DNA from: Toensbergia leucococca
Taxonomy: Eukaryota
Reading direction: 5' to 3'
Length of the DNA stretch: 61,049 bases
Assembly: GCA_022813965.1 (NCBI GenBank)
Contig: JALDZS010000147.1
Location: forward strand, 1-61,049
Position 1 is the stretch's first letter, and every line of letters starts with the position of its first letter. Below are positions 13,056 to 25,853 of this stretch, piece by piece. The notes below the pieces were generated by a model. The model did no database searches, was not told the DNA's origin, and was given only the letters and a program-made list of their open reading frames with translations. A program made the translations under genes and the position numbers.

Positions 13056-16000
13056 CTACCGCCTAAAAGCAGCAGCAACATCCTCCCTCCTCCACTCAAC
13101 CTCAACCTCCCCCCCATAAACCTCCCTCGCAATCCTTCCCGCCCTCTCCCCAACCCCACCATACCTCCCCTCACACTCCCTCAACACCTTCCCCACCAGC
13201 GGACTCCCCTCCACCCCGCCCTCGCCCCCAAAATGCTTCTCGACACGCTTCCTCAACGTCTCCGCTCCGCGCCTCACCTCCTTGGCATCATAAACACCCA
13301 GCAGCTTCCGAAACGTGCCCTTGGAATGCGACTGCCTAGTCGCGATCGCGGAAGGGTTGGTGGCGTTGGCGAGTAGTAGGGCCTCTGTACTTTCGAGGAA
13401 GTCGAGGAGTTTGCCAAGGGGGCGGCGAAGGACGGCATCGAGGTAGAGGGATAGGTGTTCTGCAAATTCAACGGAGGCGCGGGATTTCCAGTGGTGGAGA
13501 GTGGGGTTTGGACGGGCAGGGAGTTCTTCAATGTAGTAATTCATATTTTCGATGAGAAGGATATGGTGGTTCAAGGCTTCTTTGTCTTCGGGATCGCCGG
13601 TTGGGCCTTGGTGGTGGATTGGTTGCGATGAAGCTTGGGTGGCCGAGGGGGATTCTTTGGCGATGAATTTGAGGGATTCGAACATGGCTTTGTTGATGTG
13701 GTCGTAGGCGTCGTTAATTGTGGTACGGATTTGGGGCGGGTCGGTGATGAGGGGTGGGGGGAGCATGTTTTCGACGGCAAGGGTGAAGGAGGGGAAGGTT
13801 TTGATGAAGGCGATGACGCCCTTGCGTTTTTTGATCTTAACTTTTGTGTCTTCGATGCCGCGGATTTGGTCTTCGATGAAGCGGGCGAAGACGGTGGAGA
13901 GACGGTCATGGACCTTGGAGAGGGTTTGAATGAGGAATTCCTGGTTGGAGTCTTCGAGTTCCGAGGTCTTTACTTCGATGGCGTATAAAACGCCCACACA
14001 TTGGCTAGAGCGAAATCAGCATTATTGTGTTAAGAGACGAGGTGGTCACTTACAGGGTATCTTGCTTGACCACCCAGTCGACGAGGTTCTGCATGTCAGA
14101 AGGCCAGAAAGAATAGATTTCGTCCATGGCACTGACAACCCTCTTCGCCATAGTGCGATCTGGATCGAACAATTTCTTATCGGTGAGGTTCCCGGATTTC
14201 CTTGCTTCGGGCGCTACTGCAGAGACGACGTCTGTAAAGTCAGCAGTCTCGAGCGAGTTGACATGAAAAAGGTCAACAATGAAGTTCTGTTCGATGAAAA
14301 TAGCTTGTGCCATTTCGTTCAGCGCGCCTGCAAAGGCCTCGTAGGCATTCACTTTACCATCTGCTGGTCTATCGCCGTTAGAGTATCGACCACTACCTTC
14401 TGGTCGAACTATTTTCGAGCGCTTGACGGTCAATTTACGACCAACGATGCTTTCACTCTCTTTCTCTTGTGTCGTGAAAAGGACATCTTGCTCCTCTCCG
14501 GCAGGTCTTCGAGCCATGCGCTTCCAAGAAGAGATGTTTTCTTTGAATTCTTCCTGGTATGGTTTCTTGGCAGACATCTCGTACGTTCGCATCATTTCCT
14601 CCCATTCGAACAATTCTATTCCTCGGGCAAAAAGCATGAGCGGCGAGTAGAGCCACAGATCTCTCTTTGGTTTCTCACGCAACTGAAGATCCAATTTGTT
14701 GGAGGCTTTCGTAGAGTTATTGCTCCTATTTCGCTCAAGTGCGTCGAGGATTTGTACTTCGGTCTCTCGATACTTGACTGACATGTGCTGCTTCAATCGT
14801 TGGATGAACTGAATGCTTTCGTTGTGGTAGCCTTGTTTCTTTTCGCGGACTGCTCGCATCGAACTTATTTCATTTCCTGCGAAAACACTGCTATTCCTAC
14901 GATCCACATTCAATTGGTTAGCTGAATCAGGCCGATTTCCGTTCTGACCGAGCTTCGGGTCAATGGTTAACATCGCAGCGTATAGTTGGCACAGAATTGT
15001 CTCTACTAATTGAATGCCTTGTGGCTTCGTCAAAGAAGCATCCTTGAGGGCTTTAAGATCTGATGTCGAAATTGATATTGTGCCCAGCAAATTGCTCAAT
15101 TCCGCTTGTAGTAGCTTCTGGTTTGCAGTCTGTACCTGTAGGCCCTGCGATTGTGCCTCGATATATGCAACATCTTCACTTAGAGTCTGCATCCCGTTAG
15201 TAGATTTCCGGGAAACATAATAGCTAACGTACCCCTAATTCAACGTTATACAACGTAAGCAGGCAGTCCAACTCCTCGCACTCGGAAACTACTTTATCTA
15301 GCATCTTCCCCACAGTCGCAACTCTCTCGTCATTGTGCTCAATAGTGCTTAACCAACTTCCAGCCTCCACTCGAGCAAGGTCTTTCCTAATGTCTGCCTG
15401 GAGGTCTTCGAAAAGCTTCTTCTCTCCACCCATCTCTCCCCATCCGAACTCATCTAATGCTGTCTCAATCTCGAATGTGCGGCCTTCCAGCAGGCTGGGA
15501 TTGATCCCAAGAGCCCTTGCATACTTTGTGGAATGATCTGGTCTTTGCTTTCGCCGGCGATCTTCTTGAGCCTTGATCGGAGTTTGGACCGATGGTGGTG
15601 AAGGAAGAGTATTATCTGGTCCAGCCGTTTCAGGTACAGATTCAAAAATCTTAGGCGACAGTGAAGGCGGTGTGATGATCCTGACTGTGGGGACTTCTTT
15701 GCTCGGTTCTGGAAAGAAAGAATGGTTCTTCGGTGTCTCACCTGGCTGCGGACTCCCAATGCTGTCTTGGCTCATTCCTCGAAGCATGAACGGAGCAGGA
15801 ACAACACCAGATATACCATCAGGTTCATTCATTGACTTTTCCTTCTCACTACGGAGTTTCTCTGCAGCTCCGCCAGGTCGAGGTTTAAATGCGTTGTAAG
15901 TAGTTGCTGCTTTCCGAAATGTGGCAGCGATTTCTTTGTTGGATTTCTTCTTGATCATAGGACCGAGGCCAGGCCGATGTACGACATCTTGTTTTGGTTC

Positions 16001-17931
16001 ATTTGAAGGCTCTGGTGGCGGCATTGGAGAATTCGGTGTAGCAATTGCAGCAGGCGACGCTAGATTACCGCCAGACCTAGAGAGTGATAATGAATTATCA
16101 TCAGAGACTGGAGGAAAGTGTTGAGAGGTGGTCTCAGCAGACGAATCTTTAGAGGGTTCGCTTAAATCGGCCGTGGACATCTGGAACGCACCACGAGCAC
16201 TCCTATTTCCGGACCTTGACGGAGGTCGCATGTCGTCTCTTCTTAATCCTGAGGAAGTGGAAGGAGAAGGGTATTCATTAGATGTATCTGATCCAACGCT
16301 AATTTGGCTGGAACTTTGCTTTGGATCTCCAAATGGCGGCCTTTTTCTCTCCGGTATTATATCTTTCAGGAATTGCGACGTTGGAAGGTTCCCAATGTTC
16401 AGAACAGCCGGAGCTTGGCTTTTGTCGGGAGAGTCTGTGCGTTGCCGAATCGGAGATTCCGCACGAGACCCTGACGAGTATTTCTTGGTTTGTCTCTCAA
16501 GACTCGAGCGTGGGCTTGGTGGCTTCCTGGCCCCATATTCCAGACCACTTCGGAATGACTCAGTACTCTGATTTCCTGCCAATTTCCGAAGATTTGTTTC
16601 TTGGTGTGGTTGAAGCGGACCAGAACCATCGCCTGGCCCTGTCAGACTTGCTGGCGAGCCTGAACGACCTGTTCTAAGCTGAGGGCGTGAGCCTTGAGCG
16701 TCAGGATCAGATTCAACACTAGCTGATGGAAATCGTCCTGGGAACCGTGGTCTGCGATCTTCGAGGCTTTCTTTCGGAAAATAGTGCTCTTCTGAGACAC
16801 GTGGACCCGGCTCTTTGGCAGAGCCAGGCCTTGGATCAGGCTGTTGGCCATTTGCATTCCGAAAAGAACGCTCTTGGGATGGTCGTGGCCGTGCTTCGCG
16901 AGCAGAACCAGGCCTCGAATCTGACTGTGGGGTGTCTGCTCGGGACAATGAACGTTCTTGAGATTGCCTTGGTTGGGGTTCTCGAGCAGAGCTCGGCCTT
17001 GGATCGGGTTGTGGTGTGACTGGGGTCATACCTCCCCTTGGGACCGAAGGCACCCGGCCGGAAGTCGGAGTTTCTAGTCTAGTAGCCGGAGTCTGCGGTG
17101 TTACTGGCTGAGAACCTGAGCCCCCAGAAAAGTGCTCAATTTCCATCGCATTAAACCCATAGAGCTGTGGCAATTTCCCCCCCGTATATTTCTTATATAT
17201 CTTGATTAGGCTCCCGATAAAGAAGTCCTTCTCTTTCGCAGTGTTCGCCTGCCAATAATATGGCTTTTGGATCAGAACAATAAATCCGACTTCACCCGCC
17301 CATTGCTTACGCTGCTGTTCCTCCACGTTAGTGGGAATTGCGTTCGTGAAAGATTCAATAATGGTCAGGTCATCTAAGACCCAAGTCTTTCCAACAGAAA
17401 ATGTACCATTCGTGTTTTCCCGAGCTTTGTGTAATCTGACTCGCCCAGATTTCCGAACAGCAACGACTATTATTCTAGCTTTCTTATTCTCGGGGGCGGA
17501 CGTAGGAGGCGGGGGGGAGGATGGGAACGCTGCATCTTCGACGATTCTTATGTGCGTGATGTACGATTCCAACGCTGGTAGAAAGGATGGGTCAGCACAT
17601 TGTACCGGAATTGAACAAGAGTGAAGCCTGGGGGCTCCCCTGTAGTAAACTCCACTCAACTAAATTAAACATTGCATAACATACTTGATCCATCAGCATC
17701 CTTTTTCGCAAAAGAACTCTCGATGATTCGTCTTTTCTCATCCTCGAATTTCTCCGCCCGGTTCATAATTGTTGGTTGGGCCGAAGCTCCATTGCGAGTC
17801 TCGGTGGCGGATCTCGGACTGAAAGTTGTAGAAGAGCCAGTTGGAGGTCCTAGGGAAGAGCCAGTCGGAGGGCCCATGGAGGAAGCAGTGGGGGTACCGC
17901 GCAACCGTTGCGCCGGATCATTGATGTTCAT
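13056..17931 (-). CDS. SEC3: Exocyst complex component Sec3 (4 exons)
   Basis: N-terminal PIP2-binding PH-like region (ESYITHIRIVED..RKSGRVRLHKAREN..GKTW) and Sec3 C-terminal helical region (IEAQSQGLQVQTANQKLL; DPEDKEALNHHILLIENM). Introns 17684-17575, 15232-15187 and 14053-14005 join the ORFs in frame. Confidence 0.93.
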
Positions 17932-18289
17932 AATGAAAGCATGAGGTGGGTTGGGAGGAGAGTGAGTAGAAGGAGAATTGGGTGGACTAGTCAGCCTCGG
18001 CTCTTCGTATGAGAGATAAATTTCTCGGCATGTCGACTTGTCTCTGGAATAGAGGTACGGTACGGATACGTAGTACTGACAATCAATAGAAACTCCTCAT
18101 GAAGCCATCTCCATCCTCCATGCTGCCATTCCCTCACTAATTTACGCTAGCGGCTCGGTCCGTTTGTCACCGAGCAGCCGAGGTCAACCCACAAGGTTGG
18201 GAGGTCGGGAATGAAGCCAAAATATTTTCTATTCGTGTTTGCATCACTGCTCATCGATCTTTTCGACGACAGTTGATAGTCACGGTAAG

Positions 18290-19864
18290 ATGCCCCTAAC
18301 ATCAGGAGAGCCAGCGAAAAAGAAGAAGAAGAAGAATGCTCCCGACAAATCCCAGCCAGCATCAATGTTTCCTCCCAACGAAGACAATTTAGTCCTCAAC
18401 CCCAAACCCGTCTCTGACGCCCCTAAACGCAAAGAAAAAGAAGAAAAGGATGGAGCCATCGACTTTCTCAAGCACAAAGCACTCAGTATACCAATGAAAT
18501 CTGCCCCACCTTCTCAATTGCTCACTCTTGTTGGCGCCTTCCTCACCTCTTACGGCTTCGACAGTGCGTCTCATCTATTTGCAAGTGAGCGTGAGGCACG
18601 GAAAAAGTTGCATGGCTGGAACGATGAGATCGGAAAGAGGCTAGAAGCTGACTTACCTGATCTGGTCAAGATTTATAAGGAATGGTATAAAGAAAGGGAG
18701 GGAAGGAGGCCGCTTGAGATGACGAGTAGCGATGAAGAGAATGGTGCTGCCACAAAGAGAGTCAAGAAAGCCAAAAAAGAACAGAAGTTGGACAGTGTTA
18801 AAGTGGCTTCAAAGGGGAAAGAGACAAGTACCAGTGGAACCAGCGATAGTAGCAACAGTGATAGCAGCTCTGACGTGGAGATGAAAGATGCAGTACCGTC
18901 AATCGAGGCATCCAAGAAGACAAACAAAACAGCTTTTTCTTCAAGCTCTTCGTCAAAGTCTGATAGTGACGCCGATGACGAGAAGGAAGCCTTCACTGCC
19001 AAGTCACCTTCGCCAAAGCCAGTCGTCAACAATCTGAAGCAACGAACGGGCCTCACCAAGCCTTCCTCACCACCTCCCAACGCTGTTCCTTTACCTGGAT
19101 CCAATATGTCTTCTTCAGAAGATGACGAGTCGCCTCCAAAGAAACTGTCAAAGTCCAAGAAGTCCGAGGCCACCAAACCACCAATTAAAGTCGTCACAAC
19201 CGCACCGGTCAAAGGACAAAAAAAGAAGAAAGCATCCACTGGCTCGTCCTCTTCGGACTCCACGTCCGCCTCGGAGAGCGAGCCAGAATTGTCAACCGCA
19301 AAGAAAACCCTACCAGCCTCTTCTCCGTCTTCGTCTTCTAGCTCATCAAGTAGCGACGCCGCTCCACCCCCAGCACCCAAATCGAAGAAGCCACTCACTA
19401 AAAAGTCAAAACCATCCAAAGAACCCCGCAAAACATCCACCGACTCCAGCGCTACCCTGGACCCCGTCTCCAATCCCAAATCCTCCGCCATCACAAGCGC
19501 CTCCGTAACCACAACCTCAACCTCTTTCTCCACCTCTTCCTCCTCTCTAGAAACCCCCGCTCCAACAAAAAAGCCCACTACAAAACGCAAGCGCTCCCCC
19601 TCCCCAGCCCCCCAAACGCCCGCCCAGAAAGTGCCCAAACAGCGCGCCGAGCCCTTCTCGCGCGTGCCCGCCGATACCAAGGTTGACGCCAAGCTAGCGT
19701 CGAACAAGTACGTTCCGTACGATTATGCGGAGCGGGCGCACAAGGATTTGGTGGTTACGAAGGGAAAGGGGTTTACAAAGGAGAAGAACAAGAAGAAGAG
19801 GGGGAGTTATCGGGGAGGGGCTATTGATGTTGAGGGGAAGAAGGGAATTAAATTTGATGATTGA
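18290..19864 (+). CDS. SRP40: Nucleolar SRP40/Nopp140-like protein
   Basis: LisH-like N-terminal segment, alternating Ser/acidic and Lys tracts, and the canonical SRP40 C-terminus (YAERAHKDLVVTKGKGFTKEKNKKKRGSYRGGAID..IKFDD). Start is 18290 or a downstream Met. Confidence 0.9.
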   Translation: MPLTSGEPAKKKKKKNAPDKSQPASMFPPNEDNLVLNPKPVSDAPKRKEKEEKDGAIDFLKHKALSIPMKSAPPSQLLTLVGAFLTSYGFDSASHLFASEREARKKLHGWNDEIGKRLEADLPDLVKIYKEWYKEREGRRPLEMTSSDEENGAATKRVKKAKKEQKLDSVKVASKGKETSTSGTSDSSNSDSSSDVEMKDAVPSIEASKKTNKTAFSSSSSSKSDSDADDEKEAFTAKSPSPKPVVNNLKQRTGLTKPSSPPPNAVPLPGSNMSSSEDDESPPKKLSKSKKSEATKPPIKVVTTAPVKGQKKKKASTGSSSSDSTSASESEPELSTAKKTLPASSPSSSSSSSSSDAAPPPAPKSKKPLTKKSKPSKEPRKTSTDSSATLDPVSNPKSSAITSASVTTTSTSFSTSSSSLETPAPTKKPTTKRKRSPSPAPQTPAQKVPKQRAEPFSRVPADTKVDAKLASNKYVPYDYAERAHKDLVVTKGKGFTKEKNKKKRGSYRGGAIDVEGKKGIKFDD

Positions 19865-20425
19865 GGGAGGTTTAAGGGGTTAGTGACGGGGTGAGTGGTA
19901 TTTGGGAGAGGGTGAGGGGTAAGGGATTGGAGTGGGTTGGAGGGTGATGTGTTGAGAGCGTTGTTGCTATGCGTAGGAGTGCGGATTAGGGATTGTAGTT
20001 TTTTAGCTCTGGATGTTCCAGCAGCTTGTCATACATGCATTCGTTAGCGTACGTTTACGCATTGCTTGATATATCTTGCTCCAGATCCTGATTGAGGATT
20101 GTAAGCTGATATCCACTATCCTTTTACATATGAAATAAAAAAGCATCCAATTCAGAAATATGAAGCTCACCGAGATACGGCCAACCATTGTGGTTCACCA
20201 TGCTACTTCAAACCACACGCTCACATGTGTTGGCTTTTCCTCCTTTCAGAACATCAATGCAGTTGGTAGAGTAAATAAAGTAAAGCAAAGTACAGTGATC
20301 ATCCAGCGAATCAGCTCCGAATCAGCGCAACGGGAAAGAGAAGTGGGTGACTGAATTAAACAAGGAACTCCAAATAATCTAATCCACATCAACAAAAAAG
20401 GAGCCTGTGATATATTCCAGAAAAT

Positions 20426-20451
20426 CCCCCCCCCCCCCCCCCCCCCCCCCC
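20426..20451. repeat. Poly-C tract (26 nt)
   Basis: Direct count. Confidence 0.95.
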
Positions 20452-20685
20452 GGCACCCCACAAAAAGAAAAGAAGTAAATCATCCAGCATACAACACAAA
20501 AAACCCTCCCCTCCCCTCGCCCTCCCCCCAAAAGAATTCAAGTTCCAGACACGCACGCACGAAAAGCAACTTGTAAAAGAGAAAAAACCCCCCGCCTCCC
20601 TATCCAAAGCATCACACACGCAAGCTAGTACACCACTTCTCATCCCGGCAACAAGCCCACCTCCCGAAAAGCTTTTAAAAGCACT

Positions 20686-20865
20686 TTACTTCTGAGCAGA
20701 GCCATCGTTCCTGGCCACGTACTTGGCCACTCTGCACATGACGCAGTCCGCGGGCTTGTCGTTTGTGTGCGTCATGGTTATGCAGTCGGGGTAGTCTGCG
20801 CAGCGGGTGATTTTGGTGGCGGCGATGTGGCCGCACCAGAAGTAGAGGATGTCTTTGATGCACAT
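20686..20865 (-). CDS. 59-aa Cys-rich microprotein (MC-x8-CGH..C..C..CxxC), possible zinc binder
   Basis: Sequence MCIKDILYFWCGHIAATKITRCADYPDCITMTHTNDKPADCVMCRVAKYVARNDGSAQK. Good start context (AAAACAATG), C-ending codons, and a complex island inside low-complexity DNA. Confidence 0.6.
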   Translation of the reverse strand: MCIKDILYFWCGHIAATKITRCADYPDCITMTHTNDKPADCVMCRVAKYVARNDGSAQK

Positions 20866-23829
20866 TGTTTTTGTGTGTGTGTGTGTTTTTTTTTTCTTTG
20901 GGAAGTGGAAGGTTGGGTGGTGCGGTGGGTTTTTGTTGGGGGTTGAGTTGGAGTTTTTGGGTGAGCTGTGGTTTTGAGAGTTAGGTTTTGGGGGTTTGGA
21001 GGAGTGGGGGAGGGTTTTTATGTAGTTTTGGGGGTTGGTGTTGATGGTGTGGGAGTGGAGTGGATGGGTGGGGACAATGGGGATGTGAAGGGGGTTTTGG
21101 GGGGACAATGAGGGTGGTGGGGAGGAAAGTGGGGGACAATGAAGGGGGAGAGAGGTGGACAATGCGCGGAATAACGGGCGAACAATGATGGAGAAGAGAG
21201 GTGAACAATGGTGTTGATTAGATTTGTTGGAGGTAGCTTTAGCGCTGTTGTTGCGCACAATCTCCGAGACTAAAGATGAAAGCTTCGGGAAGACCAGGTC
21301 ATCTAAGTGCTTTGGTTTAAGGAGGCAAAGAGGCTGGATAAGAGTTGCTAGATCAGGACCATAGAGAGGAGTAGCTTACTTGCTGCTGGACTGCCTTCAA
21401 GCAGTTGAAATGCCCACTTTTTTGTGTAAGATCTCTGTGGCGGTCTCAGACTCTGGATTCGCTATGTCTCTGGAATCAGGATCTGAGTATGTAGCTTTGT
21501 ATGTCGCGGGATGTTGCATCTAAAAATCTCGAAGAAAAGGGATGGAATGGACACAGAGTGAAGGCTAAATCTAAATATGGGTGTGCTTGCAGGAAGAGAG
21601 GGTATGTCAAGGTTAGTATGAGTCTTGATCCTATGCGTACATACCTTACAGCTGAGCACTTGAGTGCAAAGCGAAGAAGGGCAGGCAGGAGCTAAATATA
21701 GGCGAGCGGAGGCGAGAATAAGGGGGGCTGCACAAGAGACCTTTTTTGCAAGAACAGAAAGATTGTATGGAGAGATGAACGAATGCAATCGAAGCAGTCA
21801 GTCTCTTCTCAAAATTAAGTGACAGCTAGCTAGCCACGAATGTGTGTGGTAGTAGGTAGCGGGTGGTAGCTTTCCAAGCAAAAAAAAAGCAAAAGGTGAA
21901 AGTTGTCTCCGAGGATCGAACCATCACCTTAGGGAGTCTCCGAAGAGCTTGATAACCCAGCCTCAGTAACCCTCAATGTGATTTATACAGTTTACTCTGG
22001 CTTTCTAGCGGCGGTTGAGGAAAACTGGGGCAAGTACATGCGCACCCGCTTGACCAAAACCTCCACCAACCAGATCGCGAACTTGAGATCCTTAAAATGA
22101 CACACAACATTTGAATTTGTCGAGCATAGACCATCCCATCAAAACCATCAACATGGAAGACCTGGACAACAAATGGATGCATCCACCCATACATTTGTGA
22201 CTGTAGATGTCCGACTCTTCAAATAGCATACGACGACGAGTACAACAACTTTCAGTCCGAACATAAGCCCATACAGCTTACGCGGCTAACAAATGAGGCA
22301 TTCTAACGAAACTACATACTCGGCCACCAAGGAGATGCATTTATTACAGATAGGTGTTGCAACGCAAACCAAACACACAGCTACAAAACAGCTCTGGATA
22401 TAAATGCGATTTCATTGTGCAACGAGCATACTAAATAGGTCAATCTTTGAAATGTGATAATGCATCGATAAGATAGATCTTAAAGCTCATCTCCGATGCG
22501 AGAGAGGTGGGAGAAACAGTAACGCATGACAGCAATCGAGGATTACAATGGACAAAAAGTGATACTGACCAGTGACGTACTCGAGATGATTCAGATACAC
22601 TGGGCTCGCGGTAGGTAGCATTATCAGTCGTGAGACATTTATTTTTCCGTGTCAAGCCCTGATGGGAATTCTCCCATTTCTACTGGCGTGTTCGGTTTTT
22701 CTTAAGGCAGTGATTTGGCTAGGGATCGGAAGCTGTCTTTCATTTGATGAATATGATGATAGGATTGGAGACGAGATTAAAAGGCTCAAGAGGGTATTGC
22801 CATGGATATCATAAGAAGAAAGGAAGAAGACTCAAGGCATGTAGTCGTCAAACTGCAGTCCCAGTACTCTACGCCACCAACGCTAAGCGCAGCTGAGTCA
22901 CCACTGCTCCTCTCATCACAAGCTTTTCCTTGGTGCTTGGCTACTCTTTCTGCCTCTGCTTCTCTGCCTCTCTACCTCTTTGCCCTTGATTCAACTTTGA
23001 TCCTGCACAATTCTCTACTCAAGCCAGCCTTCGTTATCTCTACACACCTTTCAGGTGTACTTTGGAGCGTGAGTTGTGTTCTCATGATGGCCTTCAGTCC
23101 TTGTATTCAAAGAATACTCAGGGACTCTCTCTCTACACCTCACGCTTATCCGGGTGCCTCCAGCTCTATTCATCGTGCGACTTGATTTGGATTCCTTTAT
23201 ACAGAGATAAGACTTCTTTCAGCTTCTTAGCTTTACTTACAATAAGCAGCAGGAAGTTTTGCCAAATTTTCATCAAATACACTAGCTGAACAAGCACACA
23301 ATTACACAAGTCATCATGACCACAGGAAGACATTTGGATCTACGCCCCACGTCTGCCAAGCGCCTTTCTGAAGACGGACTTTTTCCCCTGCCTGCCCATC
23401 CTTCCTTCCTGAAAACCCATCTTCTCCACCTGTGTTTTGGGGGCTCTTATTCGTGTCAGAATATGGCCGATCAAAGCTAGATGGCTTGGGTTTCGAGACC
23501 GTACTCAGATCTGCATCATTGCGACATTCAGCCGGTTGCTGAATCTAATCCAGTCATTGCAAAACTTGAAACACTCATCATGGACCTCAAGCTAACGAGG
23601 AAAGAAGCGCACAGCAAACCTCAGCTATTCGATGGATCGCAACCAACTGCTTCGCGCCTGTGACGAACTTTCAAACGTCAGGGCATGAACCGTCTTCATT
23701 GAGTGGCATCTAAAAGTTGTCTCATTGACATAAGAGTTATTTCTATATATCCCAGCCATTAAGGTTGTCCTGGTAGATCTGCTTGATTGACCAACCAATG
23801 CTTTGCAAGGGAAGACATGGATTGCTTTG

Positions 23830-25070
23830 GGCACTGCTAATTCATCTAATATGCCTACTTGGTCTCCTTTGCAAGTAATTGCCCCTACTCCGCCAGACTT
23901 CCACCTCTGCCATCCATTTTACGGAGAAGGCCTTAGTACAGCTGAATGTATTCAAGCTGGAGGCAGATTGCCTGCTGGTGACGTGCCAGTACCCTTTTGG
24001 TTATCAGGTGGGCTGAATCCTACGGTGCATGTGGAGTATCAATTGAATTTGCTACTTTTGATCACAACCTAGGCAAAAGCATACTCATAAAACCAAACGC
24101 CCTTCGTGGATTAGTTGGCTGGATTATCGAACAGTGTGTAAGTCCGATAGGGCATGGCGGTTTCGCAACAGGAGCAATCGAAAAATGATAAGATTATATC
24201 ACCGAACCTGCAACAGTTGAATCACTTCGAGCCGCAACTATCCGTCTACACTCGTTCCTCACCGTCTCCGTGACCAACGTGACAGAGTTCTCTCAAAGAC
24301 CTGGTGACGATGACCCGGTAATACCTATAGTTCTTTCTGATGCCCTGGCGAAAAGGTATATTGATCTCCCCGAAGGTGACTCTGTTCGGCATTACTATTT
24401 AGATGCGGCCGAAGCGCTAGCTACAAAAGCCCTACCTAGGCATGGACCCTAACGCAATCAAAATATCAAATCCTTGGTGGAATCTGAACCGACAAACTCT
24501 CCAAGATCAAATGTCCTATGAATGCGATTCAAAGCTTGGAGCCCCATCAACGTTCGACTGCTCTCAGCTTGAGTACTCTCAGGTCGGTCCTAAAGCTGAG
24601 ACAGTGGTGGTAGATCCCAATTTGGTCACATTCCTATCTGTAAATACCTGCAACATCGCCATAGTCGCTAGTATAACCATTACACTTACGTGAGATCAGA
24701 TCAGGATTGCTATAGCCACACTCGTAACGTGTGCGTAATGCATCCTCTGCTTCCAGCGCGTGGAGGTAGAGCTTACTACAAGCCACAGGCATCTGGTTCG
24801 ACAGTCTCGCTTGGCGAATCAGGCAGAAAGAAGTGTGGAACATCTGGACTGAATGCTCTCCTATCACATGTGAATATCACAACGTTCCGGCAATATGAGC
24901 CAGTTCCTCTAGTGGCAACAGAAGAGCTCAAAAGTTGCACTTGGGAGCAAGTGATGAATAGTGGAAACACGGCTTTGTGCTCCGTGGTATCTCATCATCG
25001 CCGTCCGTCTAACGCAATAAGTATAAGGTCCTATTGGGATTGGTTATTCGATTTGGGAAGATTATATTAA
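23830..25070 (+). pseudogene. Degenerate gene for a Cys-patterned secreted-type protein
   Basis: Protein-like fragments in shifting frames: CHPFYGEGLSTAECIQAGGRLP / CGVSIEF..LRGLVGWIIEQCV..GGFAT / YECDSKLGAPSTFDCSQL..CNIAI..TLT*DQI / CTWEQV. Several frameshifts and an in-frame TGA at 24691-24693. Confidence 0.6.
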
Positions 25071-25460
25071 TGCATCGCCTGACGCTTCCATAGCGCCCAC
25101 GCATTTAATACACTATTAGGCAAGGTGCATTCAATAATTAATACAAAACCCGCACAGGTGACTGGTACGTTTGACTATCCAACCAGAAACAGCCAGGCCA
25201 CCTTGGATCGGCTCAATCCTACTCATTTACTCATCACAAACCAATCCCCGCCCCAAATCCCCCGAACAAAATATCCAAAACACCAATGGGCTCGTCCCAT
25301 CCCTCACTCAACCAACCCGAGAAAAAATAACAGCCACCTCGCGTCAAGAAATCGCCTCCCCTGGAGAAAAGGTAAGTGGGGCTACCACATCCTCGCCCCT
25401 CGCCCAGCCTTTCCGCCTGCAATCGCCCCATCCATCCCCTTCTCTTCCTCCAGCCCCGCC

Positions 25461-25853
25461 TCACTTCCCACCCCACCCTCCGCCAAAAGAAAGCGCGATC
25501 CCACCCCCAATCATATCGGCCAACCCCCAAAACAACTGCGCCTCTCCACCACCTTCCTTACCGTCGGTGTCCAAGTCCGGCTGCACACCCAATCCATGGT
25601 ATTGAAGCTGGACGCGTGCGGCTCCTGAACGAGGGTTGTGGAGGCGTAGTTGACGTTGCTGTTGGGGTGTGTAGCGAGGTTTGTTGAGGAGTTGGGTGCC
25701 TGCAGGGGAGAGGGGGAGACGAGAGTGGTGCTGCGGGAGTTTAGGGGGTGGTTTTGTTTTCTTGGGAAGTTTTTTTGAAGGAGGTTTTCTCTTCTGCGGG
25801 GCGGTTTGAGGGGTTTGTTTGGTTTGGGAGACGGGGATGGATTGGGTAGCCAT
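25461..25853 (-). CDS. Possible small low-complexity hypothetical protein
   Basis: 130-codon ORF with good start context (CTCAAATGG) and no recognisable motif. Local compositional skew could generate it. Confidence 0.2.
   Translation of the reverse strand: MATQSIPVSQTKQTPQTAPQKRKPPSKKLPKKTKPPPKLPQHHSRLPLSPAGTQLLNKPRYTPQQQRQLRLHNPRSGAARVQLQYHGLGVQPDLDTDGKEGGGEAQLFWGLADMIGGGIALSFGGGWGGK

Noticed and set aside
13930..14781. 283-aa ORF on the + strand
   Set aside because: Antisense to the SEC3 coding sequence, with no motif.
18673..19707. 344-aa ORF on the - strand
   Set aside because: Antisense shadow of low-complexity SRP40.
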